Position numbers and translations under genes: made by a program. From Verrucomicrobiota bacterium (GTDB lineage Bacteria > Verrucomicrobiota > Verrucomicrobiia > Limisphaerales > CANJXF01), in NCBI GenBank assembly GCA_038214755.1, contig JBBQRQ010000020.1, positions 1-58,539 of the forward strand: DNA of 58,539 nucleotides. Reading direction: 5' to 3'. The notes beneath the pieces are model-generated. The model did no database searches. It was given only the letters and a program-made list of their open reading frames with translations, and had not been told where the DNA came from. Below are positions 54,190 to 58,539 of the stretch, in pieces. The stretch's first letter is position 1. The number at the start of each line of letters is the position of its first letter.

Positions 54190-54280
54190 CGCCGGTTTCC
54201 AGCCTGCAGGTCCGAAGCTTCCCGCTTCGAATTCCAAGCGCAAGATGCCTCGAAACTTGCAGGCTGGAAGCATGCGCTAC
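54186..54280. repeat. GTAG-type REP doublet supplying the upstream stop codon
   Basis: GTAGCGCCGGTTTCCAGCCTGC ... GCAGGCTGGAAGCATGCGCTAC. Confidence 0.82.
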
Positions 54281-54291
54281 ACGATGGAACC

Positions 54292-54966
54292 ATGATCAAG
54301 TTGGTTTTATTCGACATCGACGGAACGCTGATTCGCACGGGCGGCGCGGGCGTAAAGGCGTTCGCTCGCGCGTTTGAGACGGAGTTTGGTTTGTCTGATG
54401 GAACGGAGCGATTGAAGTTCGCCGGACGCACGGATGTTTCGCTGGTGCGCGAGTTTTTCTCTCAACACGGAATTACCCCGGACAAAACTCACTTTGATCG
54501 CTTCTTCGCAACGTATTTGTTTTGCCTGAAAAAAATTATTGCCGAATGCAAAGGAGAAGTTTGTCCGGGCGTCCGTGAATTTCTAAATGGGTTGCGCACG
54601 CTGCCTGCTCCGCCGCTGGTCGGTTTGCTCACGGGAAATATCCGGCTCGGCGCGGAAATGAAATTGCGCCACTACAATTTGTGGGACGAATTTTCGTTCG
54701 GCGGTTTCGCGGATGACAACGAGGAACGGGATGGCATCGCGGCCATCGCGAAGACGCGCGGGGAAGAATTGCTCAAAACAAAATTGCGGGGCGAAGAAGT
54801 ATTGGTCATCGGCGACACGCCTCTGGACATACGCTGCGCGCGATCGATTGGCGCAAAAGTTTTGGCAGTGGCCACCGGTGGATCAACCGTTGACGAACTC
54901 AAGCAACACAAACCGGAATGGACGGTGGAAGATTTGCGCGCGTTCAAACCGGAACAATTGCGGTAG
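54292..54966 (+). CDS. HAD-superfamily hydrolase
   Basis: FDIDGTL, LTGN, IGDTPLD. Confidence 0.92.
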   Translation: MIKLVLFDIDGTLIRTGGAGVKAFARAFETEFGLSDGTERLKFAGRTDVSLVREFFSQHGITPDKTHFDRFFATYLFCLKKIIAECKGEVCPGVREFLNGLRTLPAPPLVGLLTGNIRLGAEMKLRHYNLWDEFSFGGFADDNEERDGIAAIAKTRGEELLKTKLRGEEVLVIGDTPLDIRCARSIGAKVLAVATGGSTVDELKQHKPEWTVEDLRAFKPEQLR

Positions 54967-55112
54967 GGTTTTATTTGGAGTGACTGGCGATTGTTTCCAA
55001 GCTTCCGAGTTGCAGTTGAGCGGCGTTATTTTTTCTGCGATCGGCAATAGCCAATACCGGAAACGGCGCAATAAATTTCGGCTTATCAAATTTTCAGCAC
55101 GGTGTTACGACA

Positions 55113-55177
55113 TTGGCTATCGGCTATCGACGATTGGCTATTCTCAGTGATAGCCAATGGCAAATAGCCAATCGCCA
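55113..55177. repeat. Heptamer-period inverted repeat (TTGGCTA / ATAGCCA)
   Basis: TTGGCTA TCGGCTA TCGACGA TTGGCTA ... ATAGCCA ATGGCAA ATAGCCA ATCGCCA. Confidence 0.85.
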
Positions 55178-55233
55178 AAAAAACGAAAACGCAAATCCAA
55201 AAAACCCACAACCACCCAAGAAAGAAAACCATT

Positions 55234-55770
55234 ATGCCCAAATACCAAAACTTCGAAGACCTCCCCGCCTGGCAGGAGGCCGCCCGCCTTTACAACGCCG
55301 TTCTTGATCTGCTCGAAACGCCGAACTGCCCATTCTCCTCCGGCTTCCGCAATCAACTCGACCGCGCCGCGCTCTCCGTTTCCAACAACATCGCCGAAGG
55401 CTTCGAGCGCGTTTTTACCGGCGAGCTTCTGCAATTCCTCGGCATCGCCCGCGGTTCGGCGGGCGAAGTTCGTTCCATGCTCGCCGTCATCGCGCTGCGC
55501 CCGAAAATAAAACTGTTCGCCCGCGACCTCGCCCGCATTCAAGCCCTCGCCAAATCCTGCGCCAAACAACTCACCGCCTGGAGCGGCTCCATCGAAAGCT
55601 CGCCCGTGCAAGGCAAGCGCCATCTCACGCCCGAAGTCAAAGAGCGCCGCGAAACCACGAACAAAGCTATCGCGTTCCGCCAAAATTTTCTGCGCGACCT
55701 CAAACCCACTCATCCGCTCTACAACGCTCCCGAAGCCCGTGCCGCTCGTGGCGAAATACTTCACGATTGA
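55234..55770 (+). CDS. Four-helix-bundle protein (23S rRNA IVP / TIGR02436-like)
   Basis: FEDL.AWQ, QL.RAALSVSNNIAEGFER, FL.IARGS.GE. Confidence 0.9.
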   Translation: MPKYQNFEDLPAWQEAARLYNAVLDLLETPNCPFSSGFRNQLDRAALSVSNNIAEGFERVFTGELLQFLGIARGSAGEVRSMLAVIALRPKIKLFARDLARIQALAKSCAKQLTAWSGSIESSPVQGKRHLTPEVKERRETTNKAIAFRQNFLRDLKPTHPLYNAPEARAARGEILHD

Positions 55771-55911
55771 CGCAAACAAAAAACACGCGACTCGCGCCGC
55801 GCCTTCTGTTTTTCCATCTGTTGAAATCTTTTTTACACGTCTGGCATTCAGAGCACAGGAAACCTTCTCGCTGCTGGGTGCGAAGCCGATGGATGATTGT
55901 CGAGAAATGGA

Positions 55912-56047
55912 GTAGCGCAGGATTGCATCCTGCCGTATCGCCGGTTTGCAACCGGCAGGACGCGCCAAAGAAAAAAGCGCTCGTTCTAGATCGAAGCCCA
56001 GGCAGGTGGCAAACCTGCCGATAGAGCAGCTTGCAAAGCTGCGCTAC
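55912..56047. repeat. GTAG-type double-hairpin REP element
   Basis: GTAGCGCAGGATTGCATCCTG ... CAGCTTGCAAAGCTGCGCTAC between convergent genes. Confidence 0.82.
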
Positions 56048-56062
56048 GTTGGCGAGCGGGAA

Positions 56063-56959
56063 TCACTTCGCCGCCTTAATCCCGCGCAAATGTTCGTCGA
56101 ACCAATCAGTGAAGATGCGCATGTCCGCGTCCATACCGGTCCACCCGTGATCTTTGCCTTCGCGAACAATCAGTTTGTAGGGCGCATTCACTTCTTCGCA
56201 GCGTTTCTGGAAAATTTGCGCCTGATAAAGAGGAACCTGTTGGTCGGCATCGCCATGAATGACTAGCGTGGGCGGCATGTTCGAGGTGACAAAATTTATG
56301 GGAGAAATTTCTTTGCCTAACTTTTGCCGGCCTTCCGCAGAAAAACTTTGCGGGCCAAATGCGGCTTGATGTCGGATGGTCGGGCCGAAGCCAACGCCGT
56401 CGTCGCCGGGTTTGCTCCAATTTAAAAAATCGGTTGGCGGGTAGAAACAAGCGACCGCTTGCACCGCGCTGCTCTCGCGGTCAATCGGGTCTTTCACGTC
56501 GGAACTTCCTTTCGCGCCTTGCGTGCCCATCGTGAGCGAGAGATGTCCGCCCGCGCTGCCGCCAGTAATGCCGAGATGATTTGGATTGACGCCAAATTTT
56601 GCCGCGTTGTGCCGGACAAATCGCACCGCGCGATGAATGTCCTGTTCGATTTCCGGAATGATAAATTTCGGTTGCGAGCCATGGACAACCGCGAAGACGG
56701 TGTAGCCGCGCTCGAGAAAAGGTCGGTAGGCGCCGGGGTTGATTGCTTCGTGGCTGGAAAAAAATCCGCCACTGACCATGAACAAAATTCCAAAACCGTT
56801 GGTTTTTTCGGGCCGAAAAATATCGAGCGTCAAGGCGGTCCCGAACTTGCGCCCGTAAATGACATCTCCGGTGCGAGTGAAATTGTTTTCCTGCGCGCGG
56901 ACATAAGGCGCGAGCGCGATAAGAATCCCAGTCGAGATCGCAAGGAATATTTTTTTCAT
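56063..56959 (-). CDS. Secreted alpha/beta hydrolase (esterase)
   Basis: SGGF oxyanion motif, GGSAGG, HGDAD, HGW. Confidence 0.9.
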   Translation of the reverse strand: MKKIFLAISTGILIALAPYVRAQENNFTRTGDVIYGRKFGTALTLDIFRPEKTNGFGILFMVSGGFFSSHEAINPGAYRPFLERGYTVFAVVHGSQPKFIIPEIEQDIHRAVRFVRHNAAKFGVNPNHLGITGGSAGGHLSLTMGTQGAKGSSDVKDPIDRESSAVQAVACFYPPTDFLNWSKPGDDGVGFGPTIRHQAAFGPQSFSAEGRQKLGKEISPINFVTSNMPPTLVIHGDADQQVPLYQAQIFQKRCEEVNAPYKLIVREGKDHGWTGMDADMRIFTDWFDEHLRGIKAAK

Positions 56960-56993
56960 ATTTAATTTCTAAATTTCCCGCTTGTCATTCATG

Positions 56994-57102
56994 GGAGCGC
57001 GGACGTTCTCGTCCGCGAGTTCGGCGTCGAATTTGAAGCATAAATTTCTGAGTCAATTCGTACCAGCGATTGTCCACTCGCGGACGAGAACGTCCGCGCT
57101 CC
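56994..57102. repeat. GGAG-type REP doublet, intergenic
   Basis: 27-bp perfect inverted repeat; core identical to the gspJ leader element. Confidence 0.92.
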
Positions 57103-57106
57103 TGCT

Positions 57107-57997
57107 CTAGTTTTTCTTCACGCCACGCAGACTCTCGTCAAACCAATCGGCCAACCGAACAAAATCTGACGTCCAATCTTTCCAGCCGTGGCCTCCATCT
57201 TTTTTCACGATGAGTTTGGTTTTGACTCCAGCTTCTTCCGCGCGTTTTAGAAAAGTTTCCGCTTGTTGAATCGGCACCAGCTTATCGGCATCGCCGTGAA
57301 TAATCATCGTCGGCGGCAGGTTCGACGTGACAAAATAGAGCGGGGAAATCTCGCGCCCGAACTTTTGTTTGGCGTCGTCGGTCGTCGGAACTTCGCCGAA
57401 CGCGGCTTTGAATGCGGCTAAAACTCCTTCACCCAGCGCGCTTTCGTTTGTCTTTCCATAATTCAAAAAATCCGTCGGCGGAAAAAAACACGCGACTGCT
57501 TGCACGGCGCTGCTCTCGCGATCCACCGGGTCCTTGGCCGCCGGAGCGTTCGTCGCGCCCAGTTGCGTGCCGAGCACGAGCGAAAGATGTCCGCCTGCGC
57601 TGCCGCCGGTCACGCCCAGATGCTGCGGATCGACGCCATATTTTTTCGCGTTGAATCGAATGAAGCGAACGGCACGATGCATGTCCTGCACAATTTCCGG
57701 GATTTGAAATTTCGGCTGCGAACCATGCACGACCGCGAAAACGGTGTAGCCTCTTTCCAAAAACGGCTCATACATTTTTGGATTAATTGCTTCTTTGGCC
57801 GAGTACCAACCTCCGCTCACGACAAAAATAATTCCGAAGCCGTTGGTTTTTTCAGGCTGAAAAATATCGAACGTGAGCGCCGTGCCGAATTTGCGCCCGT
57901 AAATAACGTCTTCGGTTTGCGTGAGGCCGGCGTTGGTTTGTCCGGACGAAAGAAACGTCGCGGAAAAAATGAGCAGAGCCAAAAAAAATTTTCGCAT
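57107..57997 (-). CDS. Secreted alpha/beta hydrolase (esterase), tandem paralog
   Basis: SGGW, GGSAGG, HGDAD, HGW; shared blocks with 56063-56959. Confidence 0.9.
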   Translation of the reverse strand: MRKFFLALLIFSATFLSSGQTNAGLTQTEDVIYGRKFGTALTFDIFQPEKTNGFGIIFVVSGGWYSAKEAINPKMYEPFLERGYTVFAVVHGSQPKFQIPEIVQDMHRAVRFIRFNAKKYGVDPQHLGVTGGSAGGHLSLVLGTQLGATNAPAAKDPVDRESSAVQAVACFFPPTDFLNYGKTNESALGEGVLAAFKAAFGEVPTTDDAKQKFGREISPLYFVTSNLPPTMIIHGDADKLVPIQQAETFLKRAEEAGVKTKLIVKKDGGHGWKDWTSDFVRLADWFDESLRGVKKN

Positions 57998-58075
57998 GGG
58001 CGATGCATAACAATTCGGCGAAGATTTGTCGCGGGAAGAATTCGAGCGCGATGGAACCCAATTCCGAGTTGGAAT

Positions 58076-58231
58076 GGGTGGCACAGGCGACTCGCCTGTG
58101 CCGTCCGGCCACTGGCCGGACGGAATGGAAGGGACATGGCATTGGAAATAGGCGCCCGGAAAAGTTCGCTCGCTTTCCTCATTCCGAGCGGCGGGTCGCC
58201 CCTCGGGACAGGCCAGTGGCCTGTGCTACCC
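58076..58231. repeat. GG(T/G)AGCACAGG double-hairpin REP element, full copy
   Basis: GGGTGGCACAGGCGACTCGCCTGTG... and inverted ...CCTGTGCTACCC. Confidence 0.85.
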
Positions 58232-58279
58232 GAGGCACACACTTGCCTTCGCGAAAAACTTCAAGTAGCCCATGTCCTC

Positions 58280-58539
58280 ATGTGTCACTTGAATTTTTTT
58301 CGCGTCGGATTTATCGCCGCGAATTTTTTTCTCATCTCGAATTTGTTCGCCAACCAAGCGCTGATTAACTCCGACCTCGTGCTGGAGATTGATGGCAGGA
58401 AAGTTTTTCCCATCGGCTTCACCCTCCCGCCGCCCGTCGATGGCAAAACCCCCAGTGGGAAGAATGCGATCCAGGAATTGGCCGAAGTCGGAGCGACTTT
58501 TCTGCGGGCCGGACCGCTCAACGATGCCTGGGATGCCAA
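58280..58539 (+). CDS. Partial secreted protein, possibly glycoside-hydrolase-like (runs off the window)
   Basis: Open frame MCHLNFFRVGFIAANFFLISNLFA-NQALINSDLVLEIDGRKVFPIGF... to the window end. Confidence 0.6.
   Translation, partial: MCHLNFFRVGFIAANFFLISNLFANQALINSDLVLEIDGRKVFPIGFTLPPPVDGKTPSGKNAIQELAEVGATFLRAGPLNDAWDA

Noticed and set aside
55234..55770. Diversity-generating retroelement (Avd-like gene)
   Set aside because: No reverse transcriptase and no template/variable repeat pair differing at adenines was seen in the window.

Overview
Bacterial chromosomal window, most likely Verrucomicrobiota of the Pedosphaera-like group. That placement is inferred from the H-X9-DG-type prepilin, the PATR protein with a C-terminal 'RFY' domain and the GyrA/RpoD styles. 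Contents in order: a type II secretion cluster (gspG-H-I-J-K-L-M-C-like-D) ending at tRNA-Ser(CGA); rpoD; a ceramidase-like hydrolase; a PATR-repeat secreted protein; alkA; an MFS transporter; glk; a nucleotidyltransferase-like gene with a small partner ORF; a GT4 gene plus phosphatase-EEP fusion; alpha-2-macroglobulin; tRNA-Gly(GCC); a gyrB-gyrA operon split by two toxin-antitoxin-like pairs; a partly duplicated prepilin/ABC module flanking two LpxL-like acyltransferases and an ArnT-like transferase; an FMN reductase, serine hydrolase, HAD hydrolase, four-helix-bundle gene and two esterases. The main unexplained structure is a dense set of about 25 short palindromic elements: GTAG/GGAG REP-like doublets and 7- and 9-bp-period inverted repeats. 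Several lie in frame inside genes. In gspH, gspJ and gspK they sit in the cleavable prepilin leader, and two more sit in the alpha-2-macroglobulin. No CRISPR array, transposase, integrase or reverse transcriptase was seen. All family assignments come from motif recognition by eye, not database searches.
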